DNA of 64,000 nt from Pirellulaceae bacterium (GTDB lineage: Bacteria; Planctomycetota; Planctomycetia; Pirellulales; Pirellulaceae). The notes beneath the pieces are model-generated. The model searched no databases, had not been told where the DNA came from, and was given only the letters and a program-made list of their open reading frames with translations. Both the position numbers and the translations under genes were made by a program. Location: contig JBGSKM010000032.1 in NCBI GenBank assembly GCA_041741195.1, forward strand, positions 29,764-93,763, in the 5' to 3' direction. Shown here piece after piece: positions 1 to 8,992 of the stretch. Position 1 is the stretch's first letter, and every line of letters begins with the position of its first letter.

Positions 1-621
1 AAAGCAGGTTACACGATTATCCTGATTGGTCACGAGGGGCACGACGAAGTGCTCGGCACGATGGGCGAAGCACCCGAAGCGATCGTGCTTGTCGAAGACG
101 AGAATGATGTGGATGCGTTGCAGTTTCCGGCAGGGACCAAGCTCGCCTATTTGACGCAAACGACACTCAGCGTCGACGATGCCAATCGAGTGATCCGCCG
201 GCTTCGGGAGCGATTTCCGGAGATCAACAGCCCGCCGAAGGACGACATTTGCTATGCCACCCAAAATCGTCAAGAAGCGGTCCGGTTGCTCAGCCCCGAG
301 GTGGATGTCGTGCTGGTGCTCGGCAGCCAAAACAGCAGCAACAGCCAACGTCTGAGGGAGCTTGCCATCGAGCAAGGCAGGCAAGCCTTTCTCGTCGACG
401 GGCCTCAAGATCTTCAGCGTCATCAATTCGATGATGCTCAAACCGTACTAATTACCGCCGGTGCAAGTGCGCCCGAATCGGTCGTCAAAGCGACCATTGA
501 CTGGCTCGTGGCACAGTTCAACGCCACCGTCGAGACCAAATCGATCCGAGAAGAAAACGTCCACTTTCCCCTCCCCAAACCGCTCCGCGACTTTGCCAAG
601 CAGCAGTCGACGATTTCGTAA
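1..621 (+). CDS. ispH: 4-hydroxy-3-methylbut-2-enyl diphosphate reductase (IspH/LytB), C-terminal part; 5' end lies outside the window
   Basis: Frame 1 is open from base 1 (KAGYTIILIGHEGHDEVLGT...). IspH-typical motifs are present: GHxGHxEV, TQTTLS, ICYATQNRQEAV and GSQNSSNSQRL. Stop at 619-621. Confidence 0.9.
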   Translation, partial: KAGYTIILIGHEGHDEVLGTMGEAPEAIVLVEDENDVDALQFPAGTKLAYLTQTTLSVDDANRVIRRLRERFPEINSPPKDDICYATQNRQEAVRLLSPEVDVVLVLGSQNSSNSQRLRELAIEQGRQAFLVDGPQDLQRHQFDDAQTVLITAGASAPESVVKATIDWLVAQFNATVETKSIREENVHFPLPKPLRDFAKQQSTIS

Positions 622-709
622 AGCAAGTGGTCCTGGTTCGCGACGAATCTTGGTCGGGTGAATTTCAAGTAACGTTTGCCAGCAACATTAACGGTACGAA
701 GTCGCAGGC

Positions 710-2038
710 TTATTTTGCGTCTGCTTGAGTGCGAACGGTTTCGCGAATCGCTAAGTTTCGGAACCAGGCTTTGGTGGTGGGATCGTGACCTTGGATCATG
801 AGTGTGCCGGGTTCCAGTCGCAAACCCTTGCGTGGGTTGGGATCCGCGGGGCGAGTGTCTTGGACGTCGGTCACTTGGATGCCATTGACCCAAGCGGCGA
901 ACTTTTGCCCGTGCGCAACCAGCAAGAGCGAGGACCAATCATCCACGTTGCCGGCGATGAGTCGGGCATCTTGGCGACGAAAGATGCCGCCCGCTCCACA
1001 ATCCGCTGGTGCAAGTGGCATGTCGTCCTTCATTTCGTTACTGACTTGGCATTCGTAACCCATCATTTCCTCACCCGGGATACATCGAAAGAAAATGCCC
1101 GAGTTCGTTTTGGCTTCCGCAGTCTTGTAGCCTGTCAACAACACAAAGTCGCCGTACGAGTCGTTGCTCTCCAGTTGCGTTCGACCGCCCTCGACTTGCA
1201 GAACATTGTCCTCGTCCACCGAGAATTCACCAGGCATTTCGGGATAGCGTTTCCACTGGGCAAGCTCTTTATCGAGTAGTGGTTTAAGGCCGAGCGGACG
1301 CAGTCGTATGTCGCGAAAGGCAACGCGACCGCTGTTGTGTTGCAGGCTGATGCGACCGACCTCCAATCCCATTGCGTCGGTGTAATCCGTGACCACGGTA
1401 TCATCAAGCGACACTTGCAGGTGGTCACCTTCGAGTCGCATCGTTATCCGTCGCCAAGTCTTTTCCACCTGCTCCGGTGCTTTTTCCGCATCCACTTTTT
1501 GACGCTGGACCACACTGGCGGTCGGAAAAGGGTTGCTGTTCGGTGCGATGTTCACTTCATAGCAATCGATCGCTGGGTTTTCGGGTTTCAACGGCGTTCG
1601 CAGAAAGACGCCGCTGTTGGTTTCGGCATCCGCGTTGAATTCGAGTGTCAATTCGTAGTCTTGCCAATCGATGCTCGTGCATAGGAAACCCTTTTCACCT
1701 TGGTCCACCGTGATCGTGCCATCTTCGATTCGCCAATTGGCGTTGCCGGCGATCTCCCAGCCAAACAAGGTGTGACCATCAAAGAGCCGTACCCAGCCAT
1801 CGGAAGTGTCCGCCAGCGGCAAGCGAGCGCCGAGCAGTTGCTCCGCAGTCGCCTCATAACTCTGGGGCGTGTGGTCGACCGGCGACGCTGGTACCTCCGC
1901 GGTCGTCGCGACTGGAGTTGCGACGGGTTCGGATTTCTGGCACCCGGCCGAGACGGCAATGAAACACGCGGAGGCGACGAGCGAGAAGTAAACTCGATGA
2001 AACAACACGGAAGATCTCATGATTTTATTTGTAGCCAA
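710..2038 (-). CDS. Lipoprotein with two tandem DUF1080 (3-keto-disaccharide hydrolase-like) domains
   Basis: Lipobox-like signal (...FIAVSAGC). Two repeats of the DUF1080 pattern: GWVRLFDGHTLFGWE...VAFRDIRLRPL and WKRYPE...GIFFR...AWFRNLAIRE. An alternative ATG at 2020 removes the 14-nt overlap with the upstream gene. Confidence 0.75.
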   Translation of the reverse strand: MATNKIMRSSVLFHRVYFSLVASACFIAVSAGCQKSEPVATPVATTAEVPASPVDHTPQSYEATAEQLLGARLPLADTSDGWVRLFDGHTLFGWEIAGNANWRIEDGTITVDQGEKGFLCTSIDWQDYELTLEFNADAETNSGVFLRTPLKPENPAIDCYEVNIAPNSNPFPTASVVQRQKVDAEKAPEQVEKTWRRITMRLEGDHLQVSLDDTVVTDYTDAMGLEVGRISLQHNSGRVAFRDIRLRPLGLKPLLDKELAQWKRYPEMPGEFSVDEDNVLQVEGGRTQLESNDSYGDFVLLTGYKTAEAKTNSGIFFRCIPGEEMMGYECQVSNEMKDDMPLAPADCGAGGIFRRQDARLIAGNVDDWSSLLLVAHGQKFAAWVNGIQVTDVQDTRPADPNPRKGLRLEPGTLMIQGHDPTTKAWFRNLAIRETVRTQADAK

Positions 2039-3278
2039 AAAGCTGGAAGTACTCGTGCCAAGCGTTTTTCAGCAACGCTTCCTGGGCCGGATCAAGTCGA
2101 TGTCGGTTGGTTTCGTATTGTTTGTGTTCGGTAGCGACCCATTGCTCGATGGTCGGCTGGACCGAATCAAAATCGGCAAGGTGCAGAGATTCATAAATCG
2201 AGCGCAAGGTGCTTGTCGGCGACGCCGCAAGATCCTCGTAACGAACTTCGATAAATCGTTGCGGACCCAACGGGTCAGTTGCCGAGCGAAAGTCGCGATA
2301 CATTCGCTGCAGGCATTCGATCACGTAGGCTTCGATCCCAGCGTGATTAGGTTTCTGAAACGATTGGATTTCATCCAGGCTGCGCCACAATCGGCACGTC
2401 GACGGAAACAATGCTCGCGGGTCGCGTGTTATATGGATGAATTTTGCTTCGGGAAATGCTCGAGCGAGCGCCGCAACGCGACCGGTGTGCGTGGGACTTT
2501 TGATAATGAGTGGTCGACCGGTGACATAGCTGACGCCGAGCAGAAAATGGCGAAGCTTCTCGACCCAGGGCTTCCACCGAGACTCATCGAAATCGGTAAA
2601 GTTGAGATATTCCTGGTCGATCGGACCCTCATTCGGAAACGCGATCCTGCGGTAGGGGCTCGGCAGTCCCAAGTTCACCAGGGCGAACTCGTCTTCCTGG
2701 GGTCGCTGCCAACCGGCGGCCATGTTGTCCATGGGGCGTTTGGATGGCAACAACCATCCCGCGAAGCGTTGAAAGAACCATTCGGAGACGAGGAAATGGT
2801 GCGGCGCAAAACACTGAAACGTCGATGGGCTGCTAAACCGCTCATCCATCACCATCAATTCATGCAGCATTGTCGTACCGCTTCGCCAGTGGCCGATGAT
2901 GAAAACCGGTGCCCCGTGCAACTCCGATGCGGCAATCTTTCGGCGAAACAAAAGCTGTTGAAGCCCCGCGAGCAATGTATTGAACACGGTCGCGATCGCC
3001 ACACCCAGCGCCAGGGCGAGACGTGTGGGATGGATGCGAAAGTGGCCGTCGGACAAAAGACGCCAGAAAGTGGCTGGACGCATCCCGTGCCAGAAACGCG
3101 GTGAATAAAACGGATACGCGTGGAATTCCTTGTCGCCGGATCTGGTTCCCGATCCATTAGGCGAGCCCGCGTCCGCGGATTGGTTGGGCGATCGCGGCGC
3201 ATCGTCACCCGGCGATCGCTCGGGGGAGACGATCGGTGTGTCCGGGTGGGCAGCCGCTGGGGGTGAATTTTCAGACAA
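2025..3278 (-). CDS. Sulfotransferase family protein
   Basis: 417-aa ORF with the PAPS-binding 5'-PSB motif (IIGHWRSGTTMLHELM) and a 3'-PB-like RYEDL. The N-terminus is Pro/Ser-rich and low-complexity. Confidence 0.8.
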   Translation of the reverse strand: MSENSPPAAAHPDTPIVSPERSPGDDAPRSPNQSADAGSPNGSGTRSGDKEFHAYPFYSPRFWHGMRPATFWRLLSDGHFRIHPTRLALALGVAIATVFNTLLAGLQQLLFRRKIAASELHGAPVFIIGHWRSGTTMLHELMVMDERFSSPSTFQCFAPHHFLVSEWFFQRFAGWLLPSKRPMDNMAAGWQRPQEDEFALVNLGLPSPYRRIAFPNEGPIDQEYLNFTDFDESRWKPWVEKLRHFLLGVSYVTGRPLIIKSPTHTGRVAALARAFPEAKFIHITRDPRALFPSTCRLWRSLDEIQSFQKPNHAGIEAYVIECLQRMYRDFRSATDPLGPQRFIEVRYEDLAASPTSTLRSIYESLHLADFDSVQPTIEQWVATEHKQYETNRHRLDPAQEALLKNAWHEYFQLFGYK

Positions 3279-3473
3279 GAACCGGCCACTGTGCGTGTAG
3301 GGCGAGAACCAAGTCGAGGTGACTACTGTAGTTCACACGACGGGTTCTTTGCAGCCAGGGTTTTGAGATCACGACCGCTGGCTACAATGAGCCGTCATTT
3401 TCCGCTTCTGAGCATAGCCGGGCTTCTTACAGCCGGCTCGGACGGTCGCGAACCCGTATTTCACCACACAGCC

Positions 3474-3806
3474 ATGCCTCAACCGACCGCGACCAATCAA
3501 GACGAGCTGTCGATCGCCGATCTCCAGCGGCACATCCACACGATGTATTACGAGAAGGACGTCGCGCGAGGCGTGGAAGGCACCTTTATGTGGCTAATGG
3601 AAGAAATTGGTGAACTTTCATCGGCCCTACGGGGCGACGATCGAGACAACTTGGCCGAAGAATTTGCCGACTGCTTCGCCTGGTTGACCACGATTGCCAA
3701 CGTCGCGGGTGTGGACTTGAATGCCGCTCTCGTCGCCAAGTACGGACATGGTTGTCCGGGCTGCAAACGATTGGTTTGCGAATGTCCCGATTCGGAAAAA
3801 CCATGA
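3474..3806 (+). CDS. MazG-like nucleoside triphosphate pyrophosphohydrolase (small single-domain form)
   Basis: Paired acidic helices EEIGELSSAL and EEFADCFAWL, typical of MazG/all-alpha NTP-PPases. The ORF-track start at 3291 is trimmed to the ATG at 3474 because the upstream part is not family-like. The stop overlaps the next start (ATGA at 3803-3806). Confidence 0.75.
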   Translation: MPQPTATNQDELSIADLQRHIHTMYYEKDVARGVEGTFMWLMEEIGELSSALRGDDRDNLAEEFADCFAWLTTIANVAGVDLNAALVAKYGHGCPGCKRLVCECPDSEKP

Positions 3807-6070
3807 TCGATTCAATGTTCCGTTGGGCATCGTGGCTGGTCGTGGCCTCGGTACTCAACCTCGTGACGACTTCACAATCAATCGCCCAACCCGCCATCGA
3901 GCCACCACCGGTCGTCGTCGGAATTGACGGCCACTACCGAGTCGGTTGTTGGACAGCGATTCGTGTTGACGCGACGTCGGGAGCTCATGCGCCGGCATCG
4001 GAACTCGAGATCGAGACGCTCGATGGTGATGGCGTACGCGTGGTTTATCGCCAATCGGAATCGTTGACGGCTGGGGGCTTTGGCTACGCGGTCCCAGGAA
4101 GCGAAGCGGCGCCTCTGGTCATTCGAAGTGATCAAGAATCTTGGGTGTCGACTCGTTTCCCCATCGCAGGCGTTCCTGCCAAGGGGCCGTCCATGATCCC
4201 GCGGTCGATGCCTTGGGTGATCGTCATTGGCGATGCACTGGGGATCGATCAAATCGGTGCCAACGAGTTGCTCAACCGATCCGCGAGCGTGGCGGTGACG
4301 ACGCCAAAATCGAGTGCGTCGATGCCCGACCGATCGATTGGTTATGAAGGCGTTGATGCAATTCTGGTGACCGGTCAGGGTGCCGAGCTACTAGCTTCGT
4401 TGCAACCGCCCCAGCAACTCGCACTCAAACGGTGGTTGCTCAGCGGCGGTCGACTCATTCTCACGCTCGGCGAATCATCGACACAGTTAATCCGGTCGGC
4501 GCCGTGGATGATGGACTTGCTACCGGCGAGCTTTGGCGACTTTAGAACCACCACGATCGATCCGTCCGCGCTCGAGGCGTACACATCGTCCCAGGTGAGG
4601 CTCGAGCCGTTTGTCGGTGCGGATCTTCCACGCGATTTGGGTCAAGTGATCGTGCTCGGTCGCACAACGCGCAAAGTCAGCACGCCGGTCGTCGTTGACT
4701 ATGTCGTGGGGCTTGGTCGAGTGACGGTGATTGCTGCGGATTTGGATTCAGAACGGTTTGCCGCTTGGCCGGAACGACTAGATTTGTTGACCCGTTTGAC
4801 GGGGGACCTCTTGGTGTCCGCCGACATCGCCCCGGGACAGCAGTCGTTAATGACGAGCTACAGCGATTTGTCGGGCCAGCTAAAGTCAGCGCTTGATCAA
4901 TTTTCGATGAAACGAAAGATTCGCTTCTCGGTCATCTCGTTGATCATCCTCGCGCTCATTGCGCTGGTGGGGCCGCTTGATTATTTGGTCGTCAATCGAT
5001 TGATCGGGCGGCCGCTACTCGGCTGGCTCACCTTCCCGATCATCGCGATCGGAATGTCGTTGTTACTCGTTTGGCAATCACAGCCGATGGCGGCGAATTC
5101 AAACGTTCCGGACTCTTCATCGCCGACGGCGGTGCATGCTGACTCTTCGGGCGAGATTCCCATTCAGTGCAACCGCGTCGAGTTCATCGACATGGATCTC
5201 GCCTCGAAGTTTGGTCGTGGCACGGTGTGGAGTTACTTGTACACGCATGAGGCCAGGCAAATCGCGCTGCGGAGTGATTCGACCACCGCGCTAAAACAGC
5301 TGGCCGGTCCGATTTCGGTTCGCTTATTGTCGCCCTTTGGTTATCCCGGGCGTTCGCTCGGCGGCATTCAAATCGTGGGCGACGATTCTCGAATGCCCAG
5401 CTACGCCGTCGACCTGCAGACCGCGGCGGATCGCTTTGAGAGCGTTATCACACAGCTTTCCCTTGCACCGCGAAGCAGCAAGTCGGTAATCGCTCGCTAC
5501 CAGTTCGAGCCGAATTTACCAGCGGACATGAATGTCAAACGGCGTCGAGGCAGCGAGCTGTTGGAGGGATCGATTTCCAATCCGCTTCCATTTGATTTGT
5601 TGGACGGAATGTTGATTTATCGGAACTGGGCTTACCTGTTACCCACACGTTTTCGAGCTGGTGCCGTTGTCGACTCTCTGGACTCGCTGCGCCAGAAAAA
5701 CTTTCGCTGGCAACTATCGAGGCAGCGGGCGGTGGAAAGTTCAAGCGAAACCGAAGCCTGGAATCCTGCGGACATCCAGTCGGTTAATCGAATCGCCGAG
5801 ATGATCATGTTCCATGATGCGGTAGGCGGCCGACGCTACACGCGATTGGACCACGAAGTCCTGGGTGACCTGGATTTGAGCAATCTGCTTGTGGATGACC
5901 GTTGCATGCTTCTGGGGCGGTTGGATACGCCGCTGAATCGCTTGTCGATTGCGCCGCAATCCGACGTTAGTTCCCAGGCCGATGAGTCCAGTCGCCGGAC
6001 GTTTCCTGAGACCAGCAGCCAGACTTATTTGCGACTCGTGATACCCGTTCAATCGACGAGCCGATACTAG
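3803..6070 (+). CDS. Hypothetical membrane protein: signal peptide, large N-terminal domain, two central TM helices, large C-terminal domain
   Basis: The ATG at 3803 gives a signal-like N-terminus (MIDSMFRWASWLVVASVLNLV). Central hydrophobic pair: ISLIILALIALVGPL and LGWLTFPIIAIGMSLLLVW. The segment VIVIGD...AILVTGQGAELL...GGRLILTLGE loosely resembles ABC-auxiliary/GldG-like folds, but the family is not assigned. Confidence 0.6.
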   Translation: MIDSMFRWASWLVVASVLNLVTTSQSIAQPAIEPPPVVVGIDGHYRVGCWTAIRVDATSGAHAPASELEIETLDGDGVRVVYRQSESLTAGGFGYAVPGSEAAPLVIRSDQESWVSTRFPIAGVPAKGPSMIPRSMPWVIVIGDALGIDQIGANELLNRSASVAVTTPKSSASMPDRSIGYEGVDAILVTGQGAELLASLQPPQQLALKRWLLSGGRLILTLGESSTQLIRSAPWMMDLLPASFGDFRTTTIDPSALEAYTSSQVRLEPFVGADLPRDLGQVIVLGRTTRKVSTPVVVDYVVGLGRVTVIAADLDSERFAAWPERLDLLTRLTGDLLVSADIAPGQQSLMTSYSDLSGQLKSALDQFSMKRKIRFSVISLIILALIALVGPLDYLVVNRLIGRPLLGWLTFPIIAIGMSLLLVWQSQPMAANSNVPDSSSPTAVHADSSGEIPIQCNRVEFIDMDLASKFGRGTVWSYLYTHEARQIALRSDSTTALKQLAGPISVRLLSPFGYPGRSLGGIQIVGDDSRMPSYAVDLQTAADRFESVITQLSLAPRSSKSVIARYQFEPNLPADMNVKRRRGSELLEGSISNPLPFDLLDGMLIYRNWAYLLPTRFRAGAVVDSLDSLRQKNFRWQLSRQRAVESSSETEAWNPADIQSVNRIAEMIMFHDAVGGRRYTRLDHEVLGDLDLSNLLVDDRCMLLGRLDTPLNRLSIAPQSDVSSQADESSRRTFPETSSQTYLRLVIPVQSTSRY

Positions 6071-6136
6071 TCCCAATCGTGATTTCCTTAACTGATTTTT
6101 TTCTTTGCAATACTCGTCTCAAGAAGCAGTGCGGCC

Positions 6137-7075
6137 GTGATCAAGACCGTTGACCTCACCAAGAAATACGGAGACGCGTTTGCGATCCGAAGCATCGATT
6201 TGGATCTCCAAGCTGGTGACTTGTTCGGTTTTATCGGCCCCAATGGTGCCGGCAAGACGACGACTATGCGGATCATCGCGACGTTGCTCGAACCGAGTTG
6301 GGGCGAAGCCTATGTATGTGGGCACAGCGTCCACACCCAGCCCAAAGAAATTCGTCGGCTCGTCGGTTACATGCCGGACTTCTTTGGCGTGTACGACGAC
6401 ATGACCGTGACCGAGTACCTCGAGTTTTTCGCCGCGGCCTATCGCATCAACGGCGTCGCCCGACGCAAACGAGTCGACGAGATGCTCGATATCGTGGACT
6501 TGGATTTCAAACGCGATGCGTATGCGAATACGCTTTCACGTGGCCAGACTCAACGATTGGGATTGGCACGAACGCTGCTCCACGACCCCCAGGTACTCCT
6601 GTTGGATGAACCTCTCTCGGGGCTCGATCCACGAGCCCGAATCGAGATGCGAAACCTGCTTCGTCGACTCGGCGAATTGGGAAAGACGATCATTGTCAGC
6701 AGTCACATTCTTCCGGAGCTAGCGGACGTTTGTAACAAAGTCGGCATCATTGATCGCGGTGAATTGAAACAGAACGCCAAGGTGACCGAAGTCATTCGAA
6801 TGGTCCGCCAGCACACCGTCCTGGTCGTGCAGCCCGCGGATCGGTCGGATCTGGAGCGAATCACGGCGCTGCTGGCCGATCACAGTAAGGTGCAGGGGAC
6901 GGAATTAGGGGACAATGCCATCCGAATTGTGCTCAAACCCGAAGTCGACGAATACAGTGATTTGCCGGAGCTCTTGATGAACCAAGGCATTCGGCTTCGC
7001 CAATTCACCGAAGAACAACTCGATTTGGAATCTGCATTCATGGCCCTGACCAAGGGGACTAGCCGTCGAATGTAA
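6137..7075 (+). CDS. ABC transporter ATP-binding protein (ABC-2/DrrA-like, stand-alone NBD)
   Basis: GTG start. Walker A GPNGAGKTT, signature LSRGQTQRLGLA, Walker B LLLDEPLSGLD and H-loop VSSHIL are all present. C-terminal LESAFMALT-type tail. Confidence 0.9.
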   Translation: MIKTVDLTKKYGDAFAIRSIDLDLQAGDLFGFIGPNGAGKTTTMRIIATLLEPSWGEAYVCGHSVHTQPKEIRRLVGYMPDFFGVYDDMTVTEYLEFFAAAYRINGVARRKRVDEMLDIVDLDFKRDAYANTLSRGQTQRLGLARTLLHDPQVLLLDEPLSGLDPRARIEMRNLLRRLGELGKTIIVSSHILPELADVCNKVGIIDRGELKQNAKVTEVIRMVRQHTVLVVQPADRSDLERITALLADHSKVQGTELGDNAIRIVLKPEVDEYSDLPELLMNQGIRLRQFTEEQLDLESAFMALTKGTSRRM

Positions 7076-7320
7076 ACTGTATCGTCAACACGAGTTGCGG
7101 CTTGCTTGGCCGTGTGGGGTTGAGGGATGGTTTTGATGACAATCGGAACAAGAGGTCTCCCGGGGGCACCAGCGTCGTGAACCGGCGTCTTGAACTCAAA
7201 CGAGCCGGAGGAGAAGTCGATATGGATGAACATAGGCGTGTACGCTCGGATGTTGAAGTTCGAGTGTTCGTTGCCTAAGCCGAGCAAGTTGCCGTAAGCG
7301 TTTGAAAGAAGAGGGATCAT
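6880..7320 (-). CDS. Candidate small ORF (hypothetical) divergent from the ABC exporter gene; uncertain
   Basis: The ATG (CAT at 7318-7320) shares the CATG tetranucleotide with the plus-strand ATG at 7319. In the first ~80 codons (7076-7320) the third codon positions are C/G-rich, with preferred NNC codons (AAC, TTC, ATC, GAC, TAC). No stop occurs until 6880, so the ORF would overlap the convergent ABC ATPase by about 195 nt. Confidence 0.3.
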   Translation of the reverse strand: MIPLLSNAYGNLLGLGNEHSNFNIRAYTPMFIHIDFSSGSFEFKTPVHDAGAPGRPLVPIVIKTIPQPHTAKQAATRVDDTVYIRRLVPLVRAMNADSKSSCSSVNWRSRMPWFIKSSGKSLYSSTSGLSTIRMALSPNSVPCTLL

Positions 7321-8992
7321 GGCCGCTGGAGCGAAACTCAAACCGCTGCCACGTTTTTTAGAAATGCTGCGTCCCGATTATGGGGACGTGGTTTCGGTGA
7401 TCGTCTTCTCGGTCGTGACGGGGATTCTGGCCCTGGCGACTCCGCTTGCCGTCGAGGCGCTCGTCAACACGGTGGCCTTTGGCAGTTTTCTGCAGCCACT
7501 CTTTGTGCTGGGCACCATCCTGTTCATTTTTCTAGCATTCGCGGCCGCATTGAGAGTCTTGATCGCGGTGGTGGCGGAAATTGTCCAGCGGCGATTTTTT
7601 GTACGGCTCGCGATCGAATTGGGCGAACGTCTGCCGAGATTGGACGCCGCCGGCTTGGAGGGCAAGTATGGACCGGAGATGGTGAACCGCTTCATGGATA
7701 TCGTGACGGTTCAAAAGGTAGTCGCGTTGTTGATTTTGGACGGGCTCGCGCTCGTGATCAGCACGGTGACGGGGATGATCCTACTCGCCTTTTATCACCC
7801 GTTTTTGCTCGGGTTCGACGTGATGCTGCTGGTCCTAATGATGATCATCATTTTTGGACTCGGACGCGGGGCAGTGACGACGGCCAAGGACGAGTCACTC
7901 GCCAAGTTCAAGATGGTCGCCTGGCTGCAGGAGCTCGTGCTTCACCCCACCGCCTTCAACTTTCACCGTGGACGTGACTTTGCCGCGCAGCGAGTGGATG
8001 AACTCGCTGCGGAATATCTAGACTACCGACGAACGCACTTTTCCGTCTTGCTTCGACAAATCGTCACTGCATTAATGTTGTATGCGGTCGCATCGGTCGC
8101 ATTGCTATCATTGGGTGGATACCTCGTCATCAGCGGCCAGCTAACGCTCGGTCAATTGGTGGCTGCGGAGTTGGTGGTTACCGTGATCGTGGGCGCCTTT
8201 GCAAAACTCGGTAAGCACATGGAATCGTATTACGATTTGATGGCGTCCGTGGGTAAAATCGGTGAGGTTCTGGATTTACCGCTCGAGCCCGCCGGTGGAG
8301 AGACTTTGCCACCGGTCGAAGCGCCCAAACGCGTCGAAGTTCGAACCGTGGGTGTCGAACTTGGTGGCGACATGGTGTTGGAAAAATTCACCGCCATTGC
8401 CGAACCTGGACAAGCGATTGCGGTTGTCGGCCCGACGGCAAGTGGAAAATCCCTGCTGTTGCGGGCGATCGTCGGACGCCAGCGGCTGAGTAGCGGATTC
8501 ATTACGATTGATGGCACCGATATGCGTGAGATCGATCGGGAATCGCTCATCAAGCACGTCGGATATGCGGTTCATCCGGAGATTTTTGCAGGCACGATTA
8601 AGGAGAACATTCTGGTCGGCCGCAAGCGTATTACCGGAATCGATCTGGAATGGGCCCTGTCCATGGTGGGGTTGTTGGACGTGCTGCGTCATTTACCCAA
8701 TGGATTGGAGACAACGCTTTCCACCAACACTGAAATGCTTTCTCGTGGCCAAAAGGATCGCATCATGATTGCCCGAGCATTGTTGAGCCGCCCGGGATTG
8801 CTGGTGATCGATTCGATGTTGGATCGGTTACCGGACGAGGAGGCGAGGATCATCTTGGCCGGACTGATCGCGAAACCACGCCCTTGGACACTCCTGGTGG
8901 CGACCAACCGCGGCGAGCTTGCGGCGATGTTGGACGAACAATGGACACTAGGTGTACCGTCGACATTGGAAAAAGAGTTGATCGATGAGTGA
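7319..8992 (+). CDS. HlyB-type ABC exporter (6-TM domain fused to a nucleotide-binding domain with degenerate catalytic motifs)
   Basis: Six hydrophobic segments in aa 24-296. Walker A GPTASGKS and signature LSRGQKDR are present. Walker B reads LLVIDS, the Q-loop position is His and the H-loop position is Asn. No N-terminal C39 peptidase domain. Confidence 0.85.
   Translation: MAAGAKLKPLPRFLEMLRPDYGDVVSVIVFSVVTGILALATPLAVEALVNTVAFGSFLQPLFVLGTILFIFLAFAAALRVLIAVVAEIVQRRFFVRLAIELGERLPRLDAAGLEGKYGPEMVNRFMDIVTVQKVVALLILDGLALVISTVTGMILLAFYHPFLLGFDVMLLVLMMIIIFGLGRGAVTTAKDESLAKFKMVAWLQELVLHPTAFNFHRGRDFAAQRVDELAAEYLDYRRTHFSVLLRQIVTALMLYAVASVALLSLGGYLVISGQLTLGQLVAAELVVTVIVGAFAKLGKHMESYYDLMASVGKIGEVLDLPLEPAGGETLPPVEAPKRVEVRTVGVELGGDMVLEKFTAIAEPGQAIAVVGPTASGKSLLLRAIVGRQRLSSGFITIDGTDMREIDRESLIKHVGYAVHPEIFAGTIKENILVGRKRITGIDLEWALSMVGLLDVLRHLPNGLETTLSTNTEMLSRGQKDRIMIARALLSRPGLLVIDSMLDRLPDEEARIILAGLIAKPRPWTLLVATNRGELAAMLDEQWTLGVPSTLEKELIDE

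Noticed and set aside
2019-3104. Long antisense ORFs opposite confident genes. This one is 361 aa opposite the sulfotransferase. Others are 24741..25520 and 25225..25968 opposite mnmG, 26797..27552 opposite the response regulator, 34167..34973 opposite the epimerase, 45904..46527 opposite ltaE, 47624..48244 and 54510..55409 opposite thiC.
   Set aside because: Each lies fully within or across a gene with clear family motifs on the other strand. Their translations are low-complexity and Arg-rich. This is expected shadow-frame behaviour at this GC content.
3291-3473. Upstream extensions of ORF-track calls: the MazG-like ORF from 3291, the TolC-like ORF from 10330, the cytochrome/DUF2231 ORF from 61677, the Tyr-rich protein ORF from 60441 and the metzincin-like ORF from 20553
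   Set aside because: In each case the extension either overlaps the preceding gene or encodes an Arg/Ser/Pro-rich sequence unlike the family. An internal ATG or GTG also yields a proper signal peptide or a family-typical N-terminus.
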